A stretch of 64,000 bases of DNA from an uncultured Candidatus Saccharibacteria bacterium (GCA_965231105.1 OZ246417.1:448908-512907); one strand, 5' to 3'. Shown: positions 1 through 11,562, counted from the first letter of the stretch. Numbers and translations: made by a program. Notes: generated by a model not told the origin, from the sequence alone.

Positions 1-33
1 AAAGTTGGCACCAACTGTATAGAAACAGACTAA

Positions 34-891
34 TTAATTAGCCTTTACAGCCGGGTCTTTGGCACACGTCTCGCATAACACATGCAAACGGCGCCGAATA
101 TTTGTGCTATTAACCTGATTGCTGGTTTTCGCACCACAGTTTTCGCAGGAAGCAATATCTTTAGCCTTATCACTAAAGCCCATTTTCATACGATCATCAA
201 AGACAAATAATTTGCCTTCCCATAACCCATCATCTCCGTACTTTTCACCGTATTTCACGATACCGCCGTCCATTTGATACACCTCTTTATAACCACGGTT
301 TTTCATCATGGCGCTCAAAATCTCGCAGCGAATTCCACCCGTACAGTAGGTAACAATCGGCTTGTCTTTATGTTTGGCAATCTCGCCTTCTTCTAAATCT
401 TTTTTAAATTCACGGCTGGTTGTGATTTTAGGAACAACGGCATTTTTGAATTTACCAATTTGCGCTTCATACATATTACGGCCATCGTAAAAGATAACAT
501 CATCACCGCGCTCTTCTACTAATTTGTGCAGCTGGGCAGGTTTTAAGTGCTTGCCACCGTTTTCGATCCCATCTTTGCCTACAACGATTTCATCCGCAGC
601 ATCAAAAGCAACGATTTCAGACTTTACCTTCACTTTAAGTTTCGGAAAATGTTCAGTGCTTCCGTCACTCCATTTATAGGTGATACCTTCAAATAAACTG
701 TGCGATTTCATTTCACGAGTATAGTATTTAAGTTTCTTTATATCTCCGCCAAGCGTACCGTTAATGCCGTGCTTGCTAATAAGTATTCGACCTTTAAGGC
801 CAAGCTTTTCGCAAAGAGCACGCTGCCAATACATAACGGTCTCCGGATCGGAGATTGGCACAAACTTATAATAGAGAATGATTTTTTCCAT
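34..891 (-). CDS. trhO: Rhodanese-domain tRNA uridine(34) hydroxylase (UPF0176, YceA/TrhO family)
   Basis: 285-aa ORF with a UPF0176-type N-terminus (IILYYKF..ISDPE). It carries the rhodanese active-site loop YCTGGIRCE and a C-terminal CENCG..CETC cysteine cluster. Confidence 0.8.
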   Translation of the reverse strand: MEKIILYYKFVPISDPETVMYWQRALCEKLGLKGRILISKHGINGTLGGDIKKLKYYTREMKSHSLFEGITYKWSDGSTEHFPKLKVKVKSEIVAFDAADEIVVGKDGIENGGKHLKPAQLHKLVEERGDDVIFYDGRNMYEAQIGKFKNAVVPKITTSREFKKDLEEGEIAKHKDKPIVTYCTGGIRCEILSAMMKNRGYKEVYQMDGGIVKYGEKYGDDGLWEGKLFVFDDRMKMGFSDKAKDIASCENCGAKTSNQVNSTNIRRRLHVLCETCAKDPAVKAN

Positions 892-924
892 TAAGCCTCA
901 CAATTATAAAATATCTTAAAAGTA

Positions 925-953
925 TTGTCATCTTTACATAAGCGGCGTATAGT
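925..953 (+). promoter_or_regulatory. Sigma70-like promoter upstream of the ABC exporter
   Basis: TTGTCA (925-930), a 17-nt spacer, then TATAGT (948-953). It lies about 115 nt upstream of the ATG at 1071, which has an AAGGAGG RBS at 1055-1061. Confidence 0.4.
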
Positions 954-1070
954 TGAAATTCAATAGTATTAACGAGGCGGCAAAAAACCTTAAAACCAAA
1001 ACTTTAAAAGCAAAAGTTTCTTTTTCGATCTTCTAAAAAATAAGCGCAGCCAACAAGGAGGAGCCGCGCC

Positions 1071-2855
1071 ATGTCATCAACACAAACTAATGGCAAGCAG
1101 ATTGTCAGATTTTATTGGGACCGTGTTAAAAAATACCCCTTCACTCTTTTAGGGGTATGTATTTTACTGCCCATAACCGTACTGGTAAACCAGCTTCTGC
1201 CAAACCTTGTCATCGCCAATATTATTCAGAAACTCAGTCGTGGTGAATTCATCCCAGGCCAGCTCTGGGAAAGTTTTGGGAACGAGATCATCTGGTTTGC
1301 AGCTCTTGTAATGACGGGTGGGCTCATCGTTTGGCGCTTGATAGACTTACTCGTCTGGCGCTTAGAGGGTCGAGTCCCCAAAGACATCGCGCAAATCGTA
1401 TTTGAACACTTGAGTTATCAAAGTGCAGATTTCCATGCCAATCATTTCAGCGGTTCACTTGTTTCACAGACTAACAAAATAATTGGGTCATATATACGAA
1501 TGGCTGACACTACATTCTTTTCAACTATCCCACTTATTTCAAGTCTGATATTTACGGCTATTATTCTTTGGCCCCGGTCACCGATATTTGTGATTTGTTT
1601 AATATTACTGTCCCTCTTCTTTGTGGGTACATCTATTATTGTTTCCCGACCGGTCCGGCAAGCTGGTGCAGTGCATGCAAAAGCAGAGAGTAAACAAACA
1701 GGTTATCTTGCAGACATGATCGGCAATATGATGGCCGTCAAAAGCTTTGCGGGCGAAAAATTCGAACACAAAGCTTTTGGGAAGATAACTGACAATACCC
1801 ATCAGAAACTCCATCGCCTCATGATTGTCCATATGAAGCAAATGGCCTATTTCAGCACGATAGCACGTGTTATATCTATTTCTGCGCTCGTTATAGCGAT
1901 CATAAGCGTCGTGAATTTTGGAGCCAATATCGCAACTGTATTCTTGATCCTTAGTTATACAACCAATATCGTTGATCAACTTTTTAGTTTCAGTAATAGC
2001 TCACTCCGCAACTACAATCGTTCGATTGGTGATGCTACGGATATGATTGAGATCCTTAATAGCCCGACAGAAGTTACGGATCCAGTAGCACCAGAAAAGA
2101 AACGTATTAGTCGGGGTGACATTCAGTTCAACAATGTTTCGTTTACACACAAAGATGCAAAAGGCGCAATCTTTAAGAACTTAAATCTTCGTATTAAACC
2201 AGGCGAAAAGGTAGGCTTAGTGGGTCATTCAGGGTCCGGCAAGACATCGCTTACCCGCATCTTATTGCGCTTTTCCGACCTTAACAAAGGAAGCATAACA
2301 ATTGATGGACAGGATATTTCAGCCATTACACAGGCCGATCTGCGTTCCAGTATTTCGTATGTACCGCAGGAGCCGATTCTTTTCCATCGGACTATTGCGG
2401 AAAATATTGCGTATGGACGTCCCAGTGCAGAGATTCGAGAAATTACTGCTATCTCAAAACAAGCCAATGCTGATGATTTCGTTCAACTGCTCCCTAAAAA
2501 ATACGACACAGTTGTGGGCGAACGTGGCGTAAAACTGTCTGGCGGGCAACGCCAGCGCATTGCTATCGCCCGCGCCATGCTTAAGAATGCTCCGATTTTA
2601 GTACTTGATGAGGCAACCAGTGCGCTTGATTCTGAAAGCGAAGCGCTGATTCAGGATGCTCTTTGGAAGCTTATGGAAGGGCGAACTGCAATTGTTATTG
2701 CCCACCGTTTAAGCACCATTCAGAAGATGGATCGTATTCTCGTACTTGAAAACGGAAAGATTATTGAACAAGGCACGCACAAAGAACTCATCCACAACAA
2801 TGGAACATATGCCGATCTTTGGAATCGTCAGTCTGGCGGTTTCTTAGAAGAGTAG
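1071..2855 (+). CDS. ABC transporter, fused permease/ATPase (type I exporter, MsbA/multidrug-like)
   Basis: 594 aa with an N-terminal multi-TM domain. Walker A GHSGSGKTS, signature LSGGQRQR and Walker B ILVLDEATS are all present, and a strong RBS precedes the start. Confidence 0.9.
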   Translation: MSSTQTNGKQIVRFYWDRVKKYPFTLLGVCILLPITVLVNQLLPNLVIANIIQKLSRGEFIPGQLWESFGNEIIWFAALVMTGGLIVWRLIDLLVWRLEGRVPKDIAQIVFEHLSYQSADFHANHFSGSLVSQTNKIIGSYIRMADTTFFSTIPLISSLIFTAIILWPRSPIFVICLILLSLFFVGTSIIVSRPVRQAGAVHAKAESKQTGYLADMIGNMMAVKSFAGEKFEHKAFGKITDNTHQKLHRLMIVHMKQMAYFSTIARVISISALVIAIISVVNFGANIATVFLILSYTTNIVDQLFSFSNSSLRNYNRSIGDATDMIEILNSPTEVTDPVAPEKKRISRGDIQFNNVSFTHKDAKGAIFKNLNLRIKPGEKVGLVGHSGSGKTSLTRILLRFSDLNKGSITIDGQDISAITQADLRSSISYVPQEPILFHRTIAENIAYGRPSAEIREITAISKQANADDFVQLLPKKYDTVVGERGVKLSGGQRQRIAIARAMLKNAPILVLDEATSALDSESEALIQDALWKLMEGRTAIVIAHRLSTIQKMDRILVLENGKIIEQGTHKELIHNNGTYADLWNRQSGGFLEE

Positions 2856-2856
2856 A

Positions 2857-3534
2857 TTACTCTTCGGTTTTTTCGGCAGCTTCTTCGCTTGATTCTACCT
2901 GGCCGTTATCGGCTGGTACTTCTGATTCATTCTGTTCTGCAAGTTCAGCAGCAGCGGCAGCAGCTTCGGCAACACGGTCCGCAGGCTCTTCAACCACAGC
3001 AACTGTTTGTTCTGGTTCGGTAAGAATTGTAACGTTCTGAGGAACTTTAATATCTGCGACTGTCACCTTGTCTCCAACTTCTACTAAGGTACTTCCGTCA
3101 ATGAGTAGTTCGTCTGGTAGGTTAGCCGGGAGTGCTTCAACTTCAACATTATCAAGCGTATGAAGCACCATAAGGCTCGCACGCTCAGCTGGAATTTCAC
3201 CATCAATACGCACAGGCACTTCGGCTTCAACCGTTTCGTTACGATTAACCGCATGGAATGCAATGTGACGAACACGGCCTTTTACTGGATCAATATCTAC
3301 GTCTTTAATCATTGTTAGATATTTCTTGCCATCAATATCAAGTTCTACCGGATGGTGCTTACCAGCCTCGTTATAGACTTTTGTAATTTCACCAAAAGCC
3401 GCACTGATAGCGACTGATTCTTTACCTCGTTCATACATGTTAGCAGGCACAATGCCATCATTACGCAAACGGCGAGCTGCCTTACCAAGTTCGGTTCTTT
3501 TCGAAGCTTTTAACAAAATTGTGTCGTTGGTCAT
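2857..3534 (-). CDS. rplY: 50S ribosomal protein L25 / general stress protein Ctc, with an acidic Ala/Glu-rich C-terminal tail
   Basis: 225 aa. The N-terminal L25 pattern (LKASKRTELGKAARRLR..G.VPA..Y) is followed by the Ctc-type beta domain. Confidence 0.85.
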   Translation of the reverse strand: MTNDTILLKASKRTELGKAARRLRNDGIVPANMYERGKESVAISAAFGEITKVYNEAGKHHPVELDIDGKKYLTMIKDVDIDPVKGRVRHIAFHAVNRNETVEAEVPVRIDGEIPAERASLMVLHTLDNVEVEALPANLPDELLIDGSTLVEVGDKVTVADIKVPQNVTILTEPEQTVAVVEEPADRVAEAAAAAAELAEQNESEVPADNGQVESSEEAAEKTEE

Positions 3535-3623
3535 ATCACCTCAAAAACGTTAATTACATCATATAGTATAGCAGTTAATTCCGTACTAGCGCTAACGAAC
3601 AAAAAAAGATAAGCTAATAAAAC

Positions 3624-4280
3624 ATGTTTGACGTAGAGCACATTATCAAGAGCGGCGGCATATTAATTATCTCTTTGATCGTCTTTGCGGAATCCGGTCT
3701 TTTAATCGGCTTCTTCCTCCCGGGTGATACTCTGCTTTTTGGTGCAGGTCTTGCTGCTTCACAGGGCGAGCTATCACTTATTGGCCTAATTTTAGCCGTG
3801 GTTGCGGCGGCAGTGATCGGTGATAATGTCGGCTACAGTATCGGCAGACGAACGGGCAGTCGTATCTTCTCTAAAAAAGACGGTATTATATTCCGTAAAG
3901 AGTACATTGAAAAAGCCGAAAAATTCTACGAAAAGCACGGCGGCAAAACAATTATCATTGCCCGTTTTGTGCCTATTGTACGCACCTTTGCTCCCGTCGT
4001 AGCTGGTGCAAGCAAAATGTCCCGCAAGCGATTCTTTGCTTTTAACGTTATCGGCGGTATTGTCTGGGGTGCGGGTATGCCTCTTTTAGGCTATTTTGTA
4101 GGCAACAGAATCCCCGGCCTTGATAAATATATTGAGGTTGTTATCTTAGGCGTCGTTCTCTTAAGCATTCTCCTGGCATTTGCGCATCTTCTAAAAGACA
4201 AGAGAACCCGTCAGTTACTTGGACAGAAGGTTCGCGGCGGGGTAAGCAAGGTATTTTTAAACAAACGAATTGGCGAATAA
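3624..4280 (+). CDS. DedA family membrane protein
   Basis: 218 aa. DedA signature FAESGLLIGFFLPGDTLLFGAG and ARFVPIVRTFAPVVAG, with multiple TM helices. Confidence 0.85.
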   Translation: MFDVEHIIKSGGILIISLIVFAESGLLIGFFLPGDTLLFGAGLAASQGELSLIGLILAVVAAAVIGDNVGYSIGRRTGSRIFSKKDGIIFRKEYIEKAEKFYEKHGGKTIIIARFVPIVRTFAPVVAGASKMSRKRFFAFNVIGGIVWGAGMPLLGYFVGNRIPGLDKYIEVVILGVVLLSILLAFAHLLKDKRTRQLLGQKVRGGVSKVFLNKRIGE

Positions 4281-4283
4281 GTT

Positions 4284-4796
4284 TTATGCAGAAACCTTAC
4301 TAAGCGTATGTCTTTTTAGGCTGCCGTCTAAAATTGGTGAAGGGTGAAAGGGCAAAATTAATTGCGCGGTGCGTACCCGCTGCAAACGTCTATGACAAAG
4401 ATTGTTATATATAGAGCGCTTGAGCATGGGTGCGGGTCTTAGAGGCCCAAAGAATGGATTCATGTCATGAAGTCTATCCCCGCATTCATCATAAACGCGG
4501 TCAACAGTTGCTAGCATATGTGGAAGTGCTTCATCAAAATGATGCTCTAACTTCATCAGATTAGTCCTTATTTCAGGCCGATTAGCATTTTTGATGACCT
4601 GTACTAAACCCTCGCCCATTAATTCTTCGGCGACATGTATGATTTCAGGAAAATTACGTTCAACAACTTCAAGTCCATGTATAGCAACCGTAGATTCGGG
4701 GTTATTTATGATTGCCACGCCTCCAGCAAACTCAAGATAAGCTTCGCAGGCAAGCTGTTCATCCACCTCGCTCGGTTTCCAAACTTCTAGGGCCAT
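4284..4796 (-). CDS. Hypothetical protein
   Basis: 170-aa ORF lying 2 nt downstream of uvrA on the same strand. I recognise no motif. Confidence 0.5.
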   Translation of the reverse strand: MALEVWKPSEVDEQLACEAYLEFAGGVAIINNPESTVAIHGLEVVERNFPEIIHVAEELMGEGLVQVIKNANRPEIRTNLMKLEHHFDEALPHMLATVDRVYDECGDRLHDMNPFFGPLRPAPMLKRSIYNNLCHRRLQRVRTAQLILPFHPSPILDGSLKRHTLSKVSA

Positions 4797-4798
4797 AT

Positions 4799-7621
4799 CT
4801 AGAGCATACGCTTCAGAAATTGTCCTGTATATGATTTTTCTATCTTCGCTACTGTTTCAGGTGTACCTACGCCCACAACGGTACCGCCTTTATCGCCACC
4901 TTCAGGTCCCATATCAATGATGTGATCAGCTGATTTAATAACATCTAGGTTATGCTCAATAACTACCATTGAGTTCCCGGTATCAACAAGAGCATGCAGA
5001 ACTTCTAATAACTTTTTCACATCAGCCATGTGAAGACCGGTAGTGGGTTCATCCAAAATGTAGAGCGTGCGTCCTGTTGGCCGGCGAGACAACTCGGTTG
5101 CCAGTTTTATACGCTGTGCCTCGCCACCTGACAATGTCGTAGCTGGTTGACCCAAACCAATGTATCCCAACCCTACATCACTCAACGTCTGAAGCTTGCG
5201 CGCAATTTGCGGTAGGTTTTCAAAGAACTCAAGAGCCTGTTCTACGGTCATTTCAAGGACATCGCTAATCGTTTTGCCCTTGTAGTGGATCTCAAGAGCC
5301 TCACGGTTATAGCGCTTCCCATGACAAACTTCACACGGTACATAGACATCAGGCAAAAAGTGCATCTCTATCTTAATAATGCCGTCACCAGAACAATTTT
5401 CGCAGCGCCCGCCTTTAACGTTAAAACTAAAACGTCCAGCTTTATAGCCACGGATCTTTGCTTCTGGTGTAGTAGCAAACAATTCACGAATAGGCGTGAA
5501 TAAACCTGTATATGTTGCAGGATTAGAGCGTGGTGTTCGCCCGATAGGAGATTGATCAATCACAATTGTTTTATCTAAATGCTCGATTCCCTCAATATCA
5601 TCATGCCGACCCGGCACTAAGTTAGCACGCATCAATCGCGCCTGAAGCTCTTTTGCAAGAATGTCGTTAATAAGGCTCGATTTGCCCGAACCACTCACGC
5701 CGCTAACCACCACCATTTTGCCTAAGGGGATTTCAACATCGACATTTTTGAGGTTATTCTCACGTGCACCCTTAATGGTGATTGCCTTGCCGTTTCCTTT
5801 GCGTCTGCTCTTAGGAACAGGAATTGCATCTTCATTGCGGAGGAATTTACCGGTAATACTTTTTGCATTTTTTGCTACCTCTTCCGGTAAACCGGTTGCC
5901 ACAATATGGCCACCATGTACACCTGCACCCGGACCAATGTCTACTAAGTAATCGGCGGTACGAATCGTGTCCTCGTCGTGCTCAACCACAATCACCGTAT
6001 TACCAAGATCGCGCAAATGCTTCAGGGTCTTAATAAGTCTTTCGTTGTCACGCTGGTGTAATCCAATGGACGGTTCGTCTAATACATACAACACGCCCAT
6101 AAGGCCTGAGCCAATTTGGGTTGCTAAGCGAATACGCTGCGCTTCACCACCACTTAACGAAACCGCGCTACGCGCAAGGTTCAGATAGTTAAGACCTACA
6201 TCTTGCATGAACTTAAGCCGTGCGTTGATTTCTTTACAAATCTGCTCAGCAATGTGCTTTTCTTTATCATTGAGTGTCACAGTTTTAAAGAATGTAATGG
6301 CATCATCAATCGAAAGTTCACAAATATCCATAATAGATTTATCGGCTACGGTCACTGCCAAAACTTCAGGTTTTAAGCGGCGTCCTTTACATACAGCACA
6401 GGGACGTTCCTGCATAAAACGCTCAATGTCTCGGCGAATAAAGTCGCTTTCAGTTTCCTTATGCCGACGCTCGAGGTTCGGCACAACACCCTCATAGGTT
6501 GTCTCAAAGCTTCGGCCTATGCCTAAAGAAACACGGTATGTCTGATTACCCGTTCCATACATGAGGATTTGTAAGTGTTCCGGCTTTAATTCAGAAGTCG
6601 GTACGCGTAAAGAAAAACCGTATACATCAGCAACCGCTTGCATCTTTTTCATATACCAAGCATCTATATTAATACGGTTAAACGGACGAATCGCTCCTTC
6701 AGCAACTGAAAGACGCCCGTTAGGAATAACGAGTTCTGGATCAACTTCGAGTCGGTTGCCCAATCCCGTACAAACAGGACATGCACCGTGTGGTGAGTTA
6801 AAGCTAAATGTACGTGGTTCAAGCTCGGGTATTGCAACATCAGGATGATCGACACAGGCATACATGAGTGAATAGATTGTATCTTCGCCCGTATCAGCAT
6901 GGTGAACTTTTAGTTTACCGTCAGCGAGATCAAGCGCCGTCTCAACACTTTGACTCAAACGAGAACGAGAGGCCTCGTCATTAACTAAACGGTCAACTAC
7001 AATTTCAATCGTGTGCTTATAGTTCTTATCGAGCTCAGGGAATTCATCCAAAGAATAGACAACACCGTCTACTCGGGCACGCGCAAAACCAAGTCGCATA
7101 AACTGCTCGGGGATATGCTCAAACGCACCCTTTTTATCGATGACTACAGGAGCTAAGACCATCAGCTTCGCGCTTTCTGGTAATTTCACGATTTGGTCGA
7201 TAATATTCTGGGTCGTCTGACGTGTCACCGCTTTTCCGCACACCGGACAATGTGGCGTACCAATGCGAGCAAATAAAAGACGTAAGTAGTCATAGATTTC
7301 CGTAACAGTTGCTACGGTACTACGAGGATTGCGTGAGGTAGATTTCTGATCAATCGAAATTGCGGGAGAGAGTCCATCAATTTGATCTACATCTGGCTTT
7401 TCCATGATGCCTAAGAACTGGCGAGCATAGCTGCTTAAAGACTCGACATAGCGACGCTGCCCTTCTGCATAAATAGTATCGAAGGCAAGCGAAGACTTAC
7501 CCGAGCCAGAGAGGCCGGTAATAACCACCAACTTACCACGAGGAATCTCTAAATCAATATTTTTGAGATTGTGTTCCCTCGCTCCTTTGATAACAATAGC
7601 ATCACTCATAAACTGGGCCAT
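4799..7621 (-). CDS. uvrA: Excinuclease ABC subunit A
   Basis: 940 aa with two ABC modules (GLSGSGKSS and GVSGSGKSS; two LSGGEAQR signatures). Zinc-finger CxxC pairs are present and the N-terminus is the canonical [12 protein letters not shown]. Confidence 0.97.
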   Translation of the reverse strand: MAQFMSDAIVIKGAREHNLKNIDLEIPRGKLVVITGLSGSGKSSLAFDTIYAEGQRRYVESLSSYARQFLGIMEKPDVDQIDGLSPAISIDQKSTSRNPRSTVATVTEIYDYLRLLFARIGTPHCPVCGKAVTRQTTQNIIDQIVKLPESAKLMVLAPVVIDKKGAFEHIPEQFMRLGFARARVDGVVYSLDEFPELDKNYKHTIEIVVDRLVNDEASRSRLSQSVETALDLADGKLKVHHADTGEDTIYSLMYACVDHPDVAIPELEPRTFSFNSPHGACPVCTGLGNRLEVDPELVIPNGRLSVAEGAIRPFNRINIDAWYMKKMQAVADVYGFSLRVPTSELKPEHLQILMYGTGNQTYRVSLGIGRSFETTYEGVVPNLERRHKETESDFIRRDIERFMQERPCAVCKGRRLKPEVLAVTVADKSIMDICELSIDDAITFFKTVTLNDKEKHIAEQICKEINARLKFMQDVGLNYLNLARSAVSLSGGEAQRIRLATQIGSGLMGVLYVLDEPSIGLHQRDNERLIKTLKHLRDLGNTVIVVEHDEDTIRTADYLVDIGPGAGVHGGHIVATGLPEEVAKNAKSITGKFLRNEDAIPVPKSRRKGNGKAITIKGARENNLKNVDVEIPLGKMVVVSGVSGSGKSSLINDILAKELQARLMRANLVPGRHDDIEGIEHLDKTIVIDQSPIGRTPRSNPATYTGLFTPIRELFATTPEAKIRGYKAGRFSFNVKGGRCENCSGDGIIKIEMHFLPDVYVPCEVCHGKRYNREALEIHYKGKTISDVLEMTVEQALEFFENLPQIARKLQTLSDVGLGYIGLGQPATTLSGGEAQRIKLATELSRRPTGRTLYILDEPTTGLHMADVKKLLEVLHALVDTGNSMVVIEHNLDVIKSADHIIDMGPEGGDKGGTVVGVGTPETVAKIEKSYTGQFLKRML

Positions 7622-7645
7622 TCTAGCAGAAAATAGATATTTTTT

Positions 7646-8287
7646 CTAGGGCCCTACACGTCGCACAGATGGGGGGACATTACGGTACCGTGAATCAAAA
7701 GGTCCTGCAGTAGATTGCCCAACTTCTTCTGCCTCGTAATACTGTTCACTCATACTGAAACCACACACGGTAACATAGGGAAAGGGCGTAACATCCCTGT
7801 ATGTCTTAACGGTAGACTCTCGTCGCAATTTTCGGTAGCCCTCCACCTTCTTCCCAAGCGCTATATGCGGAAGGAAGGTGCGCGTCGGGTCGAGCTGAAT
7901 GCCGGCTTCCTCTGACAGTATGCCGGCAAGGTCTTCTCTTAGAATGGTGAGGTATTCCTCTTCTGCCAAGACTATGCCCACTTTACCTCTACTATTCTTG
8001 AGTGGCTCTATCTTATTTGTTTTTGGGGTAAGCTTCCTGCCACTCAGGCGCAGGCTTGAAAGATATTCTCCTACCTTATTTCGTGCCTGATCAAGCGCTA
8101 CTTGACCCACAGCTTCAACCGGGGTGCGAGCATCATAAGAGGCTATAAGCGTCACGTGTGCGTCCGCAGGGTCAATGGGCTCAACACCGTGTTCTCTAAG
8201 TTCCTCAAAAACATAGGACATATGCCGCTCGGTTGCATCTACCGTCAGCACTGCACCCAAACCAACGAGTCCTCTTGGAACTTCCAA
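7646..8287 (-). CDS. Hypothetical protein, possible divergent 2H-phosphoesterase fold
   Basis: 213 aa (TTG start in the track; an ATG 22 codons downstream is an alternative). It has HVTL and PHIALG motifs spaced about 90 aa apart, recalling the twin HxT/S motifs of LigT-type enzymes. The second motif has Ala in place of Thr/Ser. Confidence 0.4.
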   Translation of the reverse strand: MEVPRGLVGLGAVLTVDATERHMSYVFEELREHGVEPIDPADAHVTLIASYDARTPVEAVGQVALDQARNKVGEYLSSLRLSGRKLTPKTNKIEPLKNSRGKVGIVLAEEEYLTILREDLAGILSEEAGIQLDPTRTFLPHIALGKKVEGYRKLRRESTVKTYRDVTPFPYVTVCGFSMSEQYYEAEEVGQSTAGPFDSRYRNVPPSVRRVGP

Positions 8288-8383
8288 GTCTTTACCCTCC
8301 GATTTAATATTATTTTAACAATTACGAACCATTGGCAGAAGTTTTATACGTTGTAAAATGCGACACTGCTATACTAGAGCTAC

Positions 8384-8809
8384 ATGAGTCGCATTAAGCG
8401 GTACGGAAAAATCATTATTTTCGATACATTAGCGGGCATTTGTTTTATTGGTGTTGCTGTCTTTGGTTGGCTACCGGGACCGGGGGGGCTACCATTATTC
8501 TTAGCAGGCCTCAGTCTCCTGGCGGTAAATCATGCATGGGCAGAACGCCTTCTAGAAACTACCAAGCACAAAGGCATGGCGCTCAAGAAATATATCTTCC
8601 CTGCCAATCCTCTTATCCGTGGGTTATATGATTTTCTATCCTTCGTGCTGTTATTTGGCGGGGGTACATTGCTGTTTATTACACAGGACCGAATTATTTC
8701 AGCTATAGGCGTGGCGATCATATGTTTCGGATTAGTAATCTTTCTTCTTAACCGCGATCGTTCCGATAAACTGTCCGCGTATATTAAGCGCAGACGAAAA
8801 AAGTCTTAA
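8384..8809 (+). CDS. Small membrane protein, PGPGW-type
   Basis: 141 aa. Carries a WLPGPGGLPLFLAGLSLLA motif and 3-4 predicted TM helices. Confidence 0.55.
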   Translation: MSRIKRYGKIIIFDTLAGICFIGVAVFGWLPGPGGLPLFLAGLSLLAVNHAWAERLLETTKHKGMALKKYIFPANPLIRGLYDFLSFVLLFGGGTLLFITQDRIISAIGVAIICFGLVIFLLNRDRSDKLSAYIKRRRKKS

Positions 8810-10251
8810 AGATCCTCACTTGGTTCGGGCAATATACTTTCTCCATATAATTGGAGCTCTTCTAATAGGTACTGATCCTGGCTCGAAAGATTGGTTCGCT
8901 TAGCAATCTCACCGAGACGAGTAAAGAAGCGGCTAACCGAACTATTAGCACCTCCACTCATAAGCTTGCGGTACTTAAACTTCTCCCAGGCAACCTGCTC
9001 GCTCTCAGTCAGAGTCTTTGGAAAATTACGAGCCTTATACAACGGAAAGAGCTTGGCAAGACGATCGTCTTTAAAGGTCATGTCAATCGAGCTTATTGCC
9101 TCTTCATCAGCCGCCCGAACAACCGCCATTGCCGTCTTGTCTTCATCACCAAAAAAGCCATCATACAGCTGATTATCGACATCTTGCTCGTCGCTTAAGA
9201 ACGCGACTTGGCGCTGCTTATCCATAATCTCCAGCGCTTTTAAGAGTTTCTTGTGTAAATCAGGCATCTTTTTGAGTGCTGCCTGATGTTTCTTTATAGC
9301 ATCCATATCAAGTTTAATTCGCTCAATACTTGCTTCGTCTAAAACTGATAAAGGCGCGACTGCAGGACAGCGATTAAATTGCAATGTCTTGATCGGAAAC
9401 CGTTTTGTTTCATCTTCTACTCGTTCATACCAAGCCTTTGCAATTGCTTCGGGAGTAAGATCATCCAGAAAACTTGGGTCTCTGCGCAGATCATAGACAA
9501 GCACGCCTTGTTTTCCAGGATGATCGCCAAGAGCGATTGTAACCGTCGTTTTTTCGTATGCACTTGGATATTTACCGCTGCTATATACAAAAGGCTGTCC
9601 GCTCGTCACAAGCTCCGCCACTTTTTTCTTGTCGCGCATGCTCAGTAGGTAATCAAAAAGTTTTGTCTGCTTATTTTGTATGAGCCGCGCTACGGCAATC
9701 GTTGCCTGCACATCACTCAGCGCATCGTGCGCAGCCGTATGTTCAAGTCCATTTAAACTCGTGAGAAGTTCGAGCCGATTACTCGGCTTGCCATCAGGTG
9801 CGAACGGCCATTTAATACCATCCGGTCGAAGGGCCCGGGTCATACGAATAACATCAAGCAAATCCCATCGGCTCCGATTATCCTGCCAGCACCATTCATA
9901 GGCATCATAGAAGTTCCGATAAAGACTGTGTCTAATAAACTCATCGTCAAAACGAATATTGTTATAGCCAACAAAAATCGTGCCCGGCAAACAAATATCT
10001 TTTATAAAGTACCGCAAAAATTCAGCCTCGGTGATACCATCTGCACGAGTTGCCTGAGGGGTAATGCCGGTAATTAAGATAGCATCAGGATCGGGAAGAA
10101 TATCATCCGTGAGACGAATAAGAATATTGTCAGGCTCACCAACCGGTTTAAGATTCATATCCGTGCGCATACCTGCAAACTGCATAATGCGACCAGAGCG
10201 CGCATTTATACTGCTCGTTTCAAGATCATAGAAATAAAAACTCGTGCTCAT
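8806..10251 (-). CDS. sbcB: Exodeoxyribonuclease I
   Basis: DnaQ-like Exo motifs (FYFYDLETS.., HDALSDV) followed by the SbcB C-terminal domain. The track starts at GTG 10272; the ATG at 10251 preceded by GGGGG is the more likely start. Confidence 0.85.
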   Translation of the reverse strand: MSTSFYFYDLETSSINARSGRIMQFAGMRTDMNLKPVGEPDNILIRLTDDILPDPDAILITGITPQATRADGITEAEFLRYFIKDICLPGTIFVGYNNIRFDDEFIRHSLYRNFYDAYEWCWQDNRSRWDLLDVIRMTRALRPDGIKWPFAPDGKPSNRLELLTSLNGLEHTAAHDALSDVQATIAVARLIQNKQTKLFDYLLSMRDKKKVAELVTSGQPFVYSSGKYPSAYEKTTVTIALGDHPGKQGVLVYDLRRDPSFLDDLTPEAIAKAWYERVEDETKRFPIKTLQFNRCPAVAPLSVLDEASIERIKLDMDAIKKHQAALKKMPDLHKKLLKALEIMDKQRQVAFLSDEQDVDNQLYDGFFGDEDKTAMAVVRAADEEAISSIDMTFKDDRLAKLFPLYKARNFPKTLTESEQVAWEKFKYRKLMSGGANSSVSRFFTRLGEIAKRTNLSSQDQYLLEELQLYGESILPEPSEDL

Positions 10252-10284
10252 GGTGCCCCCAAAGTGTATCACTTTCTGAAGAGC

Positions 10285-11562
10285 CTAATATTCAATTTCG
10301 CCGTAACGGCCAATGATAATTTTTTGACCCGGTGTAATGCCACGGCGTTCTAGCTCGCGCATGATGCCCATCTTCTTCATAATATCTTTAATTCGCACTG
10401 TTCCATGTTCATCGGTAAAGTCAGTTCGGGCGGCAAACTTTTCAATCTTATGACCCGTTACGGTAAATTCATTCTCATGCTGGGCTACACGCCACTTTGT
10501 TTCTTCGGGTTTCAAACGATATACCGGCATATCTTCTGATACCTCCGGCTCTGATTCAACCTGGCGAGCTCGTTCAGCCTCAACCATTGACTTCACTTCA
10601 TAGAGCAGTTCTTTCACGCCTTGTCCGCTTTGGGCTGAAATAGCTAAAAGCGGTGTTTCAGTAGGTACGAGCGCTTGAAGCTCGCTTAAACGATCGGTAA
10701 TAATTTCCTGATCAAGTCCTTCTATTTTTGTGAGCACTACCACCTGGGGTCGTGTACTTAAGTCGGTACGGTAGTTCTTTAACTCAGACTGAATAGTCGT
10801 ATACGCGGCTTTAATATCTTCCTGATATGCATCAATAAGATGCACCATCACATTCGTTCGTTCAACATGACGCAAGAATTCATCACCCAGTCCTTTGCCC
10901 TTGCTTGCACCTTCGATAAGACCGGGGATATCTGCAAACAACAGTGACGTTTCGTTGTCTATATCAACGACACCTAAATTAGGTATAAGGGTCGTAAAAG
11001 GATAATTCGCAATTTCGGGATGCGCATTACTAATAACGCTTAAGAGCGTAGATTTGCCAGCATTTGGTAAACCAACTAATCCCACATCAGCGATCATGCG
11101 AAGCTCAAGGGTTGCGCCCAGTGACTCACCACGCTCACCTTTCTCGGCAACTTTTGGCGCTTGCCGAACCGAGCTTACAAAGTGAGCATTTCCAAAACCA
11201 CCCTTACCGCCCCGTGCAACCACAAACTCTTGGTTATCCTCTTTAAGATCTGCAATCTCACCACCCGATTCATTTAATATAACCGTACCGACTGGCACAT
11301 CCACGATGGTATCTTGGCCACTTTTACCGTGCTTACGCTGGTTAAACCCACCTTGGCCATCCTCGGCTTTTATGAGTTTTTGGAAGCGAAACTTTGCAAG
11401 TGTATTCTGATTACGAGATGCTCGTAGGATAACGTCACCACCGTTGCCGCCATCACCACCATCCGGGCCGCCTTTGTCTACAAACTTCTCATGACGAAAG
11501 CTTACATAGCCATCGCCGCCATTTCCTGCCTCGACTTGAATCTGTACTTTATCTACAAACAT
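10285..11562 (-). CDS. obg: GTPase Obg/CgtA
   Basis: 425 aa. Gly-rich Obg fold (FVDKV.I.V.AGNGGDG), G-domain motifs GLPNAGKST and DIPGLIEGA, and a C-terminal OCT-like domain. Confidence 0.95.
   Translation of the reverse strand: MFVDKVQIQVEAGNGGDGYVSFRHEKFVDKGGPDGGDGGNGGDVILRASRNQNTLAKFRFQKLIKAEDGQGGFNQRKHGKSGQDTIVDVPVGTVILNESGGEIADLKEDNQEFVVARGGKGGFGNAHFVSSVRQAPKVAEKGERGESLGATLELRMIADVGLVGLPNAGKSTLLSVISNAHPEIANYPFTTLIPNLGVVDIDNETSLLFADIPGLIEGASKGKGLGDEFLRHVERTNVMVHLIDAYQEDIKAAYTTIQSELKNYRTDLSTRPQVVVLTKIEGLDQEIITDRLSELQALVPTETPLLAISAQSGQGVKELLYEVKSMVEAERARQVESEPEVSEDMPVYRLKPEETKWRVAQHENEFTVTGHKIEKFAARTDFTDEHGTVRIKDIMKKMGIMRELERRGITPGQKIIIGRYGEIEY

Noticed and set aside
985-1015. Hairpin AAACTTT-aaaagca-AAAGTTT followed by CTTTTT in the 5' UTR of the ABC exporter, considered as an attenuator or riboswitch terminator
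   Set aside because: The stem is only 7 bp and made entirely of A-T pairs, and I saw no conserved aptamer-like structure upstream. This is too weak to call.
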